A stretch of 62,530 bases of DNA, counting the filler, from Sphacelaria rigidula (taxonomy: Eukaryota), in the NCBI GenBank assembly GCA_964200075.2. It is 8 parts of 8 records of this genome, joined end to end, with 100 filler letters (N's around TTAATTAATTAA, not from the genome) between each part and the next. Parts side by side here need not be neighbours in the genome. Positions count along the whole stretch, not along the records: positions 23,489 to 31,217 come from CAXNAA020013650.1; positions 31,318 to 39,046 come from CAXNAA020013651.1; positions 39,147 to 46,874 come from CAXNAA020013652.1; 5 more parts are not named here. One strand, 5' to 3'. The notes below the pieces were generated by a model that saw only the letters and a list, made by a program, of their open reading frames with translations, was not told the origin of the DNA and did not search any database. Positions 25,891-39,210 of the stretch are shown here, piece by piece (position 1 is the stretch's first letter; every line of letters starts with the position of its first letter). A program made the position numbers and the translations under genes.

Positions 25891-28446
25891 GATGGTGACG
25901 ATGATGGTGACGGTGATGGTGACGGTGATGGTGATGGTACTGGTGATGTCCATTCCAACTGTTGCTTGTTTTACCCCCCTCTCCTCCTAACCGCTGTTCT
26001 GCGTGTGCGATCAAACCAACCAAAAACACAACACGGCCTGGCAGGAGTCAGGTGACCAACGATTTCGGCATCGAGTGGATGCGGCGACACCTCGGGGATG
26101 AGTACCGCATCCACGTGCTCGACTTCAAGGTATGTAATTTGCTTTCGAGTTATTCGCTTTCATAAATAAACTCATCATCAGTTCGTTCACGTCTATGACA
26201 TCATGCAGTAATTTACCATTGTCCCGTCCGATCGTCCACACAGGGAGCATAACCGATCAACTTAGCGTCGCTTGCTGAGCCATGTGAAAAGCTTTTTCGA
26301 CTTTCCACATCTAACAGGCCAGAAATAGAGACAACAAAGGCATACAGAGAATAGGTGTCTAACTTTACGGTGCATCGTTCGGCTCTTAATGCTTTAATCG
26401 AAAACTAGAAAGGTCATGCCAAACCGAGCTGACACACAAAGTGATTCTTCGGCATAAAATCTATTCGTCCGATGATAATTACCCGACAAGCAACTAAATC
26501 GTCTGACATTGAGAACGGTGCCCTGTTCAAAGAACAGCAATCAACACGCTATGGCTTTGGCGAAACGTCTCACCTTCACGGGGTTCAACCCGGCCCGTTG
26601 GCGATAGCTGCTGGTCATACTCCATCGTTTGTTTCGTAATGTTTGTCTTCACCTTACTAGTTGTTGTCCCATACACCCCTCCCGGGTGCCCGCCAGACCC
26701 TGCCCCTGCCCCCGCCCCTGCCCTGTCGGCGTGTAAAAACGATAGGATAAAAACGCTATGCACATCGACGGAACCTTCGTACCGTTGGGGCCTGGGAAAA
26801 TTTTGGTCAACCCCAAGCGACCTTGCATTACCGGAAGCCACAAGTCTTACTTCACATACAACGGACAACAAAAGGTGTGTACATGGGATTGTACTGCACT
26901 GTGCTGTGTGCTTTCAACGTGTCACTCGTGAAGTAGGGGGTTGATGACAACGAGATTATTAGAAGGCGCCTCAATTAATAATCACACTGATAATGATAAA
27001 AATAGTAGTACTGCTCCTGCTACTAATACTACTGGTAGTACTACTACTACTAATAATGCCGATAATGCTAGTAATGCTAACGCTACTACTACGACTGCTG
27101 ATCACAACAGTACTGTTTCCTGTGAACCTTGTTCCTGGAGCATTTGCCTAATCTATGATGTCTTTTTTTTTGTCTTCCTCATCTCTCCGAGTATGCTCCG
27201 GGATAGGCGCTTGCAGTGCGGGGGATGTATTATTCCACCCTCAATGGTTCGATGGACTGCTCTTACCGTAAGCATTACCAGGACCTTGATCTTGTACTCA
27301 CGGATCAACGTCGAGACCAGATAATCATATCCGAGAGTTTTTTTCATTTGGATTCCATGATATATAGTGTGCACACATTCGGTATTCTCAGGACCCTGGC
27401 TAAATAACAAAATTGCGAAGCCCTCTGGACATCATTCGTCCTGTTCCACATCCAAACAAACTACACCAGGAGACACGTTCCCTTCCATTTGTTGCGACAA
27501 ACCAATGTGCCAAATACACAGGAGTACGCCCTCCCCGAGATGTTCAAGGGGTGGGACGTATTTGTGGCCCAGACGCCCATCCTGCCGGAATCGCACCCGC
27601 TGTACTTCACCAGCCCGTGGACGGCGAGCTGCAATGTCATCATGTTGGACCAGAAGAGGGTAGTGGTGGAGGCCTCCGAGGAGCCCACGATAAAGGCCTT
27701 CGAGAGTTGGGGATTCGAAACGATCAAGGTATATACACACGTAAACGATACTTCACAACTACATCGTTTGCAGGGAGGGGGGTGTCTATTCGTTTATCCC
27801 CCCTTCGCCCCCTTCCGCCCAAATATTTGGGGCCACAAATGATGATCTTCTGGATTAGACAACAACAGAAAAGTTATGATGAAGGTATTCTGAAGGCCAC
27901 CGTAGCAGATATGGAGAATGATATCGTGGATCATCAGGATATCGGAGAAAAGTGGTAAGCTCGCATTATTCAGTGCACGCCTGATGGAACAAAAATAACA
28001 CGCGTGAACTTTTCGTTTTTTTTTTTACTGCAGACATGCGTTTCTTTGCGAGAGTCGAAAAATGAACTCGAACAATCTACATCTCAAACAGAAACAAGTG
28101 CTCATGCACCCACTCCATGGACAAAACTTACTGCAGTCAAGCTGTCCCAAACCCACCCATTATGCACACCCCGCGCCACCCACCGCGCGAAGTATTCCTC
28201 ATTAACGCGGTAAGTCTATATCTATGCATTTTTTTATTGCGCCCAATTCATTTCATCGTTGACTGGTCCCGTTGCGTCATCTTTGTGCGTTTTCTCCATC
28301 TCTTTTCTCCCTCGTCTCTTTTTTTGCGTGTCACACCATCCATCACGCAGGTCCCTTTCCGTCACTTCCTTCCTTTCGGAGGCTCTTTCCACTGCGCTAC
28401 CTGCGACATCCGTCGTAGGGGGACCCTGCAGTCCTACTTCGACTAA
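23957..28446 (+). CDS. GATM: L-arginine:glycine amidinotransferase (AGAT/GATM family), 5'-partial; exons 23957-24124, 25040-25131, 26045-26129, 26746-26874, 27522-27728, 28351-28446
   Basis: Spliced product [22 protein letters not shown]...[17 protein letters not shown]...[17 protein letters not shown]...[11 protein letters not shown]...[22 protein letters not shown]. Asp-His-Cys catalytic triad intact; all introns GT-AG with consistent phases. Confidence 0.95.
25852..25948. repeat. Intronic compound microsatellite (GTT)n(GATGGT)n
   Basis: Seen directly in the amidinotransferase intron. Confidence 0.9.
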
Positions 28447-30358
28447 TGATCCAGTTCCCCCCGGTACAAACCGACTTGGACATAGTTTCTATTGAACGTA
28501 TCCCGCACTTCTGTGTGGTCGTATCTCAGGGGTGATCCCACGAAGAAAGAGTTGTGGGAAATGACCTATTATAGTAGATTGGTGGGAGTATGGGAGTGGG
28601 AGGGGGTGAGGGGATGGATGGAGTGCTCTCTCGCGTCCTTGTTTTCGTGGATCAGCCGCTGGTGTTTTCGTCGGTAGTGTCGAAAAATGGAGGAAATAAT
28701 GTAGAGCGAAGTGGGAGAAATATACGGTGCTAAGAAGCAACAGCGGTATACAGTATGGGTATTGTTATCGATGTAAAGTGTAGTAGAGGGTTCCAGTACG
28801 AATGTTGTGAATAAAATGTGTCATGTGCAAAGATAACACTCCCTAGCTGTTCTGCTCTCTGTACCAGGTTTTGTTGAAGCACACGGCCGACCATGGTAAT
28901 AAAATCGTTCGTTTCATCGGCGGAACCATTTGCGGAAGTATGTCTTGCTTGGTAGTGTGGTCGTCGACGGATTAGCCCTTTTTGGTCGATCTCGTTCATG
29001 GTGTGTGTTGGGACGTTACAGGCCAAGCCATGATTGTCCACGTTGTGTCTTTGCACCGTGCCTCCGATTGGGTTTCAACTCCAAAGCATCATGTTGTGCA
29101 ATCAAATGAAATAAACGGTGATACCGTTATCGTGGGATGCAGAGTTGAGGGTGTCAGTTGTTTGTTGTGGTCTTTTCCGAAATTTAGGTTAATACATCGC
29201 CCATCGATTTCGTACTCCGTACATTGTGTCACCTCTTTATGCCATATTCATTTGCTGGTGGTGTGCGCTTGTTTTGACATCGATGAGAGCAGCGGTGAGA
29301 CCCACTGAGAGCGCCCGCTCGAGCTTGTATGGCAGATGCCGTAATTGCTCAGGTCATATAAAAGTAGTCGGGCTGTGGAACCGTCACTTTTTGCCCGTAG
29401 CGGCATATTCCTGCTGTATTCGTTCACGATATATACGAATATATACACTGTTTATACACAGGGCCCCCAACTTTCGACGAAATCGTAGTAGACAAAGGAG
29501 TTATAACTAGTTCGCCCATTGTGAACAGCCGCGGTTGTTCCTGTAGGAGGCATTCACACTTCCACATCGTGAGTTTCCCCGTGGGAAGATGTCAAATATT
29601 CACCACAGACTTCTACATCATGCCCTCATCACAGGAGAAATGTGCTCATTCTTCGTTGTCGCTGGTGTTTGCATCGAATAAAATCATGTCGTCGCATCCC
29701 TGATCTTCAGGAGTTCATGACCAAGTGACTCGGAATGTTGCTCCAAGTTCCCCGCAGGTGAAATCCCAGTTGAAAGGTAGGTGGTCCATTGGGGGCGACC
29801 TAAGACCCGTCCTCCTACGGAAACATGATCATCTCACAATCCAGTAGAAAAAGTATCCCGCCCCGACTCTACGAAATTCGCCGCCCTGCTCTGCTCTTCT
29901 CCACTGCGGTGTTCTCTTCGGTTGAGAGGTCGACCTCCTGACGCTACCATCCGTTCTCATCAGCGTACATGGCCAAATGTAAGCGCCCATCCTCGCCAGT
30001 GTCCATGGTCTCGCATGAGTAAATCACGAAAAACCTCCCGATATTATTCCGAAAATAAAATCCGTTCCTAATCTCACGAACATGTTTATCTAAAACCCTT
30101 TGAACGTCAAGGGTGATTCCTTGTACTGCGCCAGAGAAGGCAGCAATCGGCCAAAGATGCAGGATTGACAGGAATAAAACCAAACTTGAATCAAGGGTGC
30201 ATTGGTGTCCTAAATTTATTTTGGTTCGAAAATCGTATTCTAAGGAGGCCGCTCCTTAAAACAGACGAAAATTAAAATCTGAAAAAAGGGCCTTCTGGAG
30301 CTTCTACGTCGTTTCACGCCCCCTAAAAGAAGCGAGCAAGGCGGAGTTTGACACCCAA

Positions 30359-30606
30359 GAATGATTTGCTCTCCTAGTTGGGGGGGTTCCAGGATATCTT
30401 CCCATTTTCCAGTGGCCGCAGTTTTTATTTAGGCCAAACAATATTTTTTGTCCAAGAATGGTCAAGTCCAGATAAATTTCCTAGATTTTTCTGTTTTTGA
30501 CCGTTCTTGGACAAAAGTTCTTGTTCGGCCAAAATAATAACTACGGCCACTGGAAAATGGGAAGATGTCCTGGAACCGCCTCAACTGTAGTGGAGCTAGT
30601 CATTCC
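30359..30606. mobile_element. Foldback/MITE with ~110-bp inverted arms
   Basis: ggttccaggatatcttcccattttccagtggccg...tgtccaagaatggtcaa pairs with ttgaccgttcttggaca...cggccactggaaaatgggaagatgtcctggaacc. Confidence 0.8.
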
Positions 30607-30622
30607 AAGAGGAACTGCTCGC

Positions 30623-30890
30623 AAGGGATGCTACGGTAGTAGAGGTGCACATTTTTTTTCTGAGGTAGGTTAGAATTGTTAGGAGCCTTTTATCTAATCC
30701 ACAACACGGCTTGTGAAATATGTGAGAGTACGCCAGAATCATACTATTCCAATGTGCTAGGGGTGTCCCGAGTGAATTTGCAAACGAGGGTGCCCTGACT
30801 CATATTCTTGTACATCTAGAATCATTGGGAGCCCCTGAACCAGACACGATTTCGCGCAACAGGTGCAACCCTACCGTAGCAGCATTGCTC
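30623..30890. mobile_element. MITE, same family as 1095-1349
   Basis: Collinear homology over ~260 bp; ends ctaccgtagc(agc)attgctc; flanks tcgc/ttgc. Confidence 0.8.
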
Positions 30891-33800
30891 TTGCAGCCAC
30901 GAGCTGGGCCGGCCTAGACGCGGATTACAGCTCTTAAAACAATATCTCATCGACACAGACGAGTTGGGCCGCGATCTGCATATATATCGTATGAACAATC
31001 TGACCATGGGGAAGGTGCCCATGAGCTCAAAAGTCTGGACTATTTTTTTCTCGTTGATTAAACCTCATGTCTAGTAATTCCTATGGCATCCTGTTGTAGA
31101 TGATGACTCGATGCCGTCCAAATCTGTGGTCCGCCAAGCGCAACGAAAAGACCTTGGGGCTGAAGATGCGGATGTGCAATCTTTCGAGTCGGACGTTGGT
31201 ACTGCAAGAGCAATGCTNNNNNNNNNNNNNNNNNNNNNNNNNNNNNNNNNNNNNNNNNNNNTTAATTAATTAANNNNNNNNNNNNNNNNNNNNNNNNNNN
31301 NNNNNNNNNNNNNNNNNTACCAGTACCCGCTCATCCGCATAATTATATCCGTACGTGTGCATGTTCACCCAGTGTACCTGTTCACATGAACAACCTTCTC
31401 GCGCGATATGCTGGCACTCCGAAACAAAAAATGGTCGCGGCATACCGAAACCCAGATGGTTTTGTAACTAAGCACAGAACTAGGAACTAAAGACTTTCCT
31501 GCACAGACGAACAGACCTTGGTCGCCACAAGCTGGAAATGCCGAGTGACTCGACCGTACGTCCAGATTGCCTCCTTCAAGATGGACGTGATGATCGACGA
31601 CGACAAACGGGGAAGTCGGAGCATATGTTACGGCGGATATCGACTGTATGTGTAGTAGGCGTTTTGCAGTACGCGCGGCAAGTGCAGTAGGTCTTATTCC
31701 ATTCGTATGTTGGTGTTGTATTCCAATCGGGCGTCCTTGACCGGAGCCCACCGCCCTCACAACTTCCATCACCCAGCAACTCTCGTTTAGCTACCTAGCT
31801 AAGACTTATTCATAACAGAGCTATCAGCCACCAGTTGGAGACATCTCGCTTGCAAGTAAGTCAAGAACACCTCTTCTGCACGTGAAAGTGAGTCCCTGCT
31901 TGGCCTTGCGATGCAGTGCTTATCGGACTCGATGGTCTGTTACTCACGAGCTCAAGGGTCATTCCTCTCGACTGCGATTGTTCAATGTGTTCAGCCGCTG
32001 ACCTCGTGTCACCCCGGGCCGAGCGTGTTCTTTGAGAGTGACGCCAGTATCACCTCGTGATCAGACCACGACACATATCGTGTTTATCCCACGTTTGTTT
32101 TTCATTCGTTTTGGAAATTATTGCCCCAAGTGACTTTCTTCTGTTCATGGTGGTGTTGTATGCATTTGATTCTCATCTCCTTCGCTACTTAATTCTACTG
32201 CTATTCCGTATCGAGAAAAAACAGCCAAATATCTCCCCCGTAACCCCTCTCCCCGCCGCCCCCCTCGCTCTCACCCCACCGACTCGGCGTCTCCTTTTGA
32301 AGCACTGTATTGTAGATGCCATTCCTCAGCAACACCCTATATGAACACCCTCGCCTGTTGACCACACAGCAGGCAATGCGTGCGATGTCGTAGTTAGGGG
32401 CAGGGGAGAGCGCCCATGATTCTTAACGGGGATGCGCATTGGGTGTCCGTCCCTACAAAGCCAGGACGGAGCACGCCAGGTTTCCGCCGGACCAGTTGGG
32501 GGGGTAAGGGGGGGTCCGATTACCCGAAAAAAACGGATTAGTTGATGTGTTGTAACGTTCTTGACGGACGTGTTAAGGGCTTGCATACCGGTGGAAACGA
32601 CATGCAGTATGAAGGTTTGTGCCAACCCTTATACCAAGATTATATACAGTATTTGAAATGCGTTGCTTATAACAAAGCGTCAAAAGTGCTCTTTCGTGCA
32701 AGAACTGCTGAAATCCCCCCATATGAGGATGACTGGGGCGACGTTATGCGGCAGCTGGACCAAAGTTCGACCGACACACACGCCTCTTTTCTCTTGTTGT
32801 CTACTCTGCGATTCATGTCTTTCGGTGTCGCGCGTCCCCTTTGTTGACCAGTACCTTTGATATACAACGCCTCCCGTAACGTTTGGAGTTGGTGCAACAA
32901 GATTCGGAGTGGGCCGGGAGTCTACCCTGCAATCGATCATTTTGGCAAGACTCGAAAGAGCCGAACTGCTCTGGCGCGAACGAGGGGGAACAAGCACGCA
33001 TGTGCACACAAGTTCGGTCCCGGAGGGAACACATGATGTTGACGCGGTCATATCAGTTCGGGGTGTTGACTACGATGTTCAAATATTTTGCTGCTACTGT
33101 GGTCTAGAGTGTTTACGGTGTTTCCGAATCATTTCGCAGTTGTTGGTGGAGTGCGCAGTGTTTGTGTGATGAAGAGCAAGCGGCAGTATAATGCAAGGAC
33201 ACAGCTTGCAACCCAAGGCATGAGCTTGGCAGGCAAATGTACAACCGTCAGGCTGTTACAACTTGTAGATACCGTGTGGCCTGCTCAGTATCCAAATATC
33301 AGACGAAGTTCACGCAATAGATTCTTCACCTCTCTCTTGATTATCTTGATTCTAACTCCGATACCCACTCAATCAATCCAACCCAAACCAGCCAATATCT
33401 CTCACCGATGGTTAGACTTCCTTTTGCTGGCTAGCAGAGGGGGGCAGCTGATAGTGGTTGGTGGGGGGGGACTTTGATCGTGAAGCACGATCAAAGACAA
33501 AGCCATCCCTGTGATTATACAGGTTCACATTCGTATCCGACCAACTCTGAACAGATCTGTACTCTTGTGTACCGGGGTTCCTCATCTACCGGGATTCCCA
33601 ATATTACCGAAAGCCAGACTTCGACAACGAAAGCCAGACTTCGACAACGGATCTGAAGCGGCATGACAACAGGCTAGTATGCATCTTCATGACACTAACC
33701 CACCCAGACGAACCTTTATTACAGCTGCGAGGATTTATCCCCAAAGCAGCGAAAACTAAGGTTTTTCTTTACTCGTCAAGCCATGAGCGGCTAATAAAGC

Positions 33801-34002
33801 ATACCTAAATGAACACTCCCGTACCTAACATTCCCGTACCAACAATCCTGTACCCATTCCCACACCTTAAAAGAAGGGAAGCATAGACTGCTTCGAGGAG
33901 CAGAAAAAAAACTGCTCCGAAACGTGGAAGCACAAACTGCTTCGGCGTGCAAGCGATTAACAAAGAAGCACAAATTGCTTCGGCGTCTTAGCAAAACTTA
34001 AG

Positions 34003-34412
34003 GGGAAAACAGGAAGGTACAACAGGGAGCAGAGCTCTGACCTGGGGAAAGCCAAAGGTACAACAGGGAGCAGAGCTTCAACCTGGGGGAATCCAAAGGT
34101 ACGACAGGGAGCAGAGCTTTAACCTGGGGGAATCCAAAAAGTGCTAAAAACTGCAAGATCGAAAAGCTGAAAATCGGTGATCAAACGAGATCGAGCGCCA
34201 GATGAAGGGGATACTATGGCTCCAGTTGTCGTAGGTAGCGGTCGTGGCAGTAGTTCTTGATCATCGTCCGATGTAGGCCGCGCTATTGTTGTGTAGTAGA
34301 AGAGGGTCCTGGTGGAGAAGGGGGGGGGCACACAATGCTTACGGGAAAAATGGGGGTGGGGCAACAGTCGCACAATGCTTACGGGAAAAAATGGGGGTGG
34401 GGCAACAGTCGC
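34003..34412. repeat. Tandem repeats downstream of the gypsy pol (~39-bp x3 at 34003-34136; 40-bp x2 at 34331-34411)
   Basis: Units aaaggtac.acagggagcagagct..acctgggg and cacaatgcttacgggaaaaatgggggtggggcaacagtcg. Confidence 0.85.
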
Positions 34413-34428
34413 GACAAAGAAGCGTGGT

Positions 34429-37400
34429 TCAAAGCGGTGCGTGGACGTCGTGGGTGTGGTCGATGTTGCGCTGGAGATCGCGGCGAAGTCCTTTGGGCTT
34501 GAGGTGCTGGTGACACCAGGATCCGCGTGGTGCAGATGGGCTGGTGGTGTATAGCGCTGGCCGAAGCTTGCGCTGTATGGGTCCAGGGTCATCGATGAAG
34601 CGCACGATGTATGTGTCGGCCGAAACCAGGTTAGCGGAGTGGGTCTAACCCAACCACCAGAGGTTGCCGCTGCCTCTGAACCAAAGGTAGCTGCCCTTGG
34701 GCAGGAGTCGCTGGTTCGCAAAGAAGTTCGTCTTATAAGTCTTGGAGGGTACAAGTTTGTAACCATCGGCGACAAAGCGTAGTCCCTGGTTGCGGTGAAG
34801 TTCGCGGGCTGCTGCGCCACGGCGCATGAAGCGATGTTTCTTGTTGTGAGCAAGATGCTGATGTTGGGATTGCGTCCAGTAAAGGAGGATTGCACGACGG
34901 TGCAATTACAAGTCGGATTCGCGTTCCCAAGACGCTCTCCGAAGACCGTGGCAGTGTGTCTTATACATGACAGTGGTCTTGCCTCCTCGGCCACGGTGTA
35001 TTTGGTGGCCGGAAATGGAGGACACAGCCAACCGAAGGGGCTGTTCCGTCACGTCGTCGGTTGTAACGTGGTAGGGCGGGGACTTGGTCGAGTAGCTGTT
35101 GAGAACATACTGTGTGAGTCCGGCCGGCAGGTACTTGGGCATGTCGCTTGTATCATGCGGGTTCGTGCAGTGTTTGCATCTGTGCACGGAGACGCGGGGC
35201 TTGGTGTCTTTGCCTTGGAAGTCGTGAGGCAAGTCGAGATAGAGCAGTTTGTCCCCAACGGGTTTTCCATCCGGTGATGATGACGAAGGTTCGACTGTCA
35301 GGGTCTTGAAAGGTCCTGTCCAATTGAGGGACAATTTTGTCTTCAAAATTGTTTCGTTGGCTGCCTTGCTGGTGCCTTGGCGGATAGTCGACAAGCTGTT
35401 GTAGATCCAAACCCAATCACCAACTTTCCAGTTAGGGCGTTTGTGCATGAAATTGTAGAGAGCAGTGTTAGATCTCTCCAGGCGCGAGGCATTGATAGCG
35501 TGTTGTTCGCGCACGAGGGTGAACGCTTTGCGTTGTCGTGCACGTGCGAGTTCGTTGTAGGATATCTGATCCTGATCCAATCCTTGGTGACCGTCGAACG
35601 TGTGTCGCTCGAACACGGTGATAGGCAGCCGAGGGTAGCGTCCAAGATGGAGTTCGTTTGGAGAAAGGCCTGTGGCGGCATTAACCGAGTTGTTGTAGGA
35701 CAACATGATGTGCGAGAGATGTAGGTCCCGGTCATTTTGGCGATCATTGACAACCATAGAGAGCATCTGGGCCATGGTGTGATTAACTTGTTCGGTACCA
35801 CCGTTACCGTTCGGGTGGTGGGCGCCCGTGGCAATTTTGCGAATGCCCAGGAGCTTGTAAAGCTCATCCGAGAGGTCTGAACAAAATTGCTGACCATTGT
35901 CTGAAAGTAGTCGCTTCGGGCAGCCGTAGTGCTTAATGTAATCAGGGACCAGTATGTCGGCCGTTCCGGCGTCAGTGAAATCTGCGGCGGTTACCGCGTA
36001 CATGGACGCGTGGCGGCTAAAGCGGTCAGTGAAGAGTAAGATATAGGTGTTGCCGCGACCTGTGGTCGGGAGAGGGCCGAAGTAGTCAAAGGACACAAGG
36101 TGGTCGGGCTCGTCGGGGAGTCCCATAGAGATCACGGGCCAGCGTACTGTCTGTCGTAAAGTGTTTCGGGCTTGGCATTTAAAGCATCGCCTCATCCAGA
36201 AGCGGGTTGAAATTTCCATGCCGACCCACCAGTAGAAGCGTTCCAAGAGCGCGAGGGTGCGGGTGACGCCAAGGTGGCATGACAAGTCTGAATGGCAGCC
36301 TTTCATGACCCAGGGGCGCATTAATAATGGCACATATATGCGCGTTGTTTCGTCATTGAGTAGTCGAGCGGTGGGTCCCGTAGTTGAGGCGGCAATTGCG
36401 CCTGTCAAGGGCGTGGGCCGACGTACGAGTCGTTGCACGCCTTCATCCGTAGTAAAAAGGGTGCCTTTACGCACAAGCTCGTATACGTCAGAAATAACTG
36501 GCGGTGGCAGTGTCCCAACCGGAGCCAGAAGTGTGGACAGAAAAGAGACTGGACAGTCAAGCTGTAAGTACCGAATGGCTGCACGACATAGCGGTTCTGC
36601 GTTTTGTTCACGAGCCCAATTACGGTGGGAGTAGCTGGCGAGTAACTCGCGTAGTTGACCTTCCACTGGCGAGCCGACCAAACATGGTAGGGCAGGCGGC
36701 GGGGGAACAGGCGACGGGGCAGAAGTGCCTACGTCAATATCTGTCTCGGGAGCAGGAGACGAGGCGTCAGTCTCGTGCCCGGGGGCAGAAGATGTTTGCG
36801 GCGCCGTCATTGGCGGGCTAATGCCGAGATAGCCCCCCCCACAAAAAGTGCACCGCCGCCGTCCAACAAACCGGCTGCGATCCTATTATTGGGCTCGTTT
36901 TCAGCAATTGCGCTCAGATGAAAAGCGTGTAGCAGTCCGAAATCAGCTAAAACGCCCAAATGAGTCGAGTCGTGCAGCACGAAACCAGCTCTAACGGCAT
37001 TTATCACCATCGCCTCCGTGCACGGTTTTAGCCGGTTCGGGGGGGGGGGCTATCTCGGCAGCAGTCGGCGGCGGGGTTGTTTCAGCGCGGCGAAGGTTGT
37101 CTGCGGCGCGTGGCGCACGGTGCAGAAGTTTTCGCGGAGCTTTGCGTGTTGGTCCGCGGAACTTGTGTCGGGTGGCTCGGAAGGGTTGCAGGCGTTGTCG
37201 GTGGCGGCGAGGCACTCGGTGTAGTGCGGGCGGCAGACCGGGAACGCGTGTTGTCAGAGATAAGGTGGTTGACTGGGGGTGTCTCCGCGAAGAGTTTCGC
37301 GCGAGTACCGGGATTGCAAAAATCGACAAAATCGGGGGTAGTGGGCGTTAACCCACCCAAGACGGCGTCAAATGGTAAAGGGCGAGGTCCTCCCATATGC

Positions 37401-39046
37401 ATACCTGTTCCCGGGCACTGGAGGTCGAGGGCGTAAACGGGCTTTGAAAAACGTCTGATCACGTAAATTCCGGGTTCATCGGGTTGCGTTAAACGGCAAG
37501 CTGGGCTGGAATCTGCGGCCGTAGGCGGCAGAGGCAGGCGGGAAAGAAGATCCGCGTTCCCGTTGGTTTTGCCTGGACGGTGCTTAATGGTATACTGGTA
37601 TGCTGTTAGAAATTCCAACCATCCTTGTACACGAGGGTTGTGTTCACCAACCTTGGCGAGTTGTTCAAGTGCTCCGTGATCCGTATAGATCTCGAAGGGC
37701 ACGTGAAACAGACATTGTCGGAGGCGCTTAATGGCCCAAGTGATTACTCCGCCTTACAGTTCTAGCGGGCTCCAATTGGCCTCGTTGGGCAGGGTAGCGT
37801 GGCTGATATGAAGGATCGGTCGGACAGAGCCATCAACCTGAGGTTGACTCAAAATTCCTCCAACACCATTTGTGCTGGCGTCAGTATGGAGTTGGAAAAG
37901 GCGGGAGCCATCTTGTACTGCCTCCCAATCAGGAAAGCAAAGTACGGGCTTTTCGGTCAGCGTCTTGAGTAATTCGCGGGTGATAGTCTCTACTTCTGTG
38001 GTGAAAGAAAACACGGTTACTTTCTTGGGTCGCTCAGTAAGGGGGCGAATCCGTTTCGATAAATTCGGCAAAATTTTGCGGTAGTAGGATAGCCCACCCA
38101 ACAATGAGCGAAGTTGAGAAATGTTAGTTGGCATCGGCAAATCAGTCATAGCCTTGACTTTGTTTGTATCCGGATGCAGGCCTGCTGGCGAAATGGAATG
38201 CCCCAAGAAATCCAAGTCAGTCGCGCCAAGGCGAGCTTTGGATGGAGACAGTTTTACATCGTGCGTACGTAGGCGAGAGAGAAATTCTCGTAGAGTGCGT
38301 ATATGTGCAACAGGTGAGGCATCGAAAGCGATAGCGTCATCCAAGTACATGATGATGTGCTCGAGGCCTTCGGTGACGCGTTGCATTAAGCGTTGAAAGC
38401 ATCTCGAGGCAGTGGCGGCGCCTTGTGGCATGCGAAGCCACGCATAGAGTCCGGACGAGGTGCAAAAAGCCGTCAGTGGGACTGTGTCAGGGTGTATAGC
38501 ATTCTGAAAAAATCCAGAAGCGAGGTCGAAGGTGCTGAACATTTTGCCTTCGCCTAAGGAGTCGAAGACTTCATCAATGCGGGGAATCGGAAGTTTATCG
38601 ACGACTGTGACGCGGTTCAACCGTTGATAATTCACGGTGATGCGTATGTTTCCATCCTTTTTGGGAACGACCTCAAGTGGCGAGGCCCAAGGAGAGGAGG
38701 AATGTTGTATTAGTCCCGCTCCCAAATACGCATCCAAGATGACGTTGACTTTCTTGGTAAGGATTGGGTTGGTACGGTTTGGCCGAGAAGAGATCGGCGA
38801 GACACCGGATTGGAGGGTAATCTCAAAGGGCAGTGTTTTGCAATGCCCAAGATCCGTCTTGGATCGGGAAAATCGGTCTTGGTACTGTAGCAGGACAGCA
38901 CGGAGTTTTTAGATGACTGCCGGTTCCCAGCCGGGCCCATGAAGGTCAAAATTGATGTCGCGCATGTGTGGCGGCAGTTGGTCCCACATGTGCAAGAAGC
39001 TATTCCGAGAATCTGGTGATAAGCGTTGAAGCACTTCAGCAGGAGG
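34429..39046 (-). mobile_element. Ty3/gypsy LTR retrotransposon pol (RT, RNase H, integrase, chromodomain-like, PWWP/Tudor-like), degenerate and cut by contig end
   Basis: RT SPWASP, FDLASGFFQ, MPQG, YLDD; RNase H LHTDAS, YTDH, NADLLSR; integrase HHCC (CHSDLSCHLG...CFKC), SFDYFG/SDNG/GGTE and WTGPF. Single in-frame stops at 37754, 34906 and 34645. Confidence 0.95.
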
Positions 39047-39146
39047 NNNNNNNNNNNNNNNNNNNNNNNNNNNNNNNNNNNNNNNNNNNNTTAATTAATT
39101 AANNNNNNNNNNNNNNNNNNNNNNNNNNNNNNNNNNNNNNNNNNNN

Positions 39147-39210
39147 TAATCCTCCGGGTTCTCATCCTCAATGAAAAGCACCATTCTCAACATAGATGAT
39201 CGGCTGTTTA
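39147..39210. repeat. Repeat shared by the starts of contigs 6 and 8 (54809-54871)
   Basis: taatcct.cgggttctcatcctcaatgaaaagcacca.tctcaacatagatgatcggctgttt in both. Confidence 0.85.

Noticed and set aside
25566-27324. Poly-Q/H/T/V/N ORFs
   Set aside because: Translations of intronic microsatellites in the amidinotransferase gene.
16015-28446. GH36 gene next to an amidinotransferase as a metabolic cluster or single gene
   Set aside because: They lie on different contigs separated by an artificial spacer; the GH36 gene has its own stop at 20719.
31318-34000. 3' LTR of the gypsy element
   Set aside because: No second LTR in the contig and no unambiguous PPT/TG boundary, so coordinates cannot be supported.
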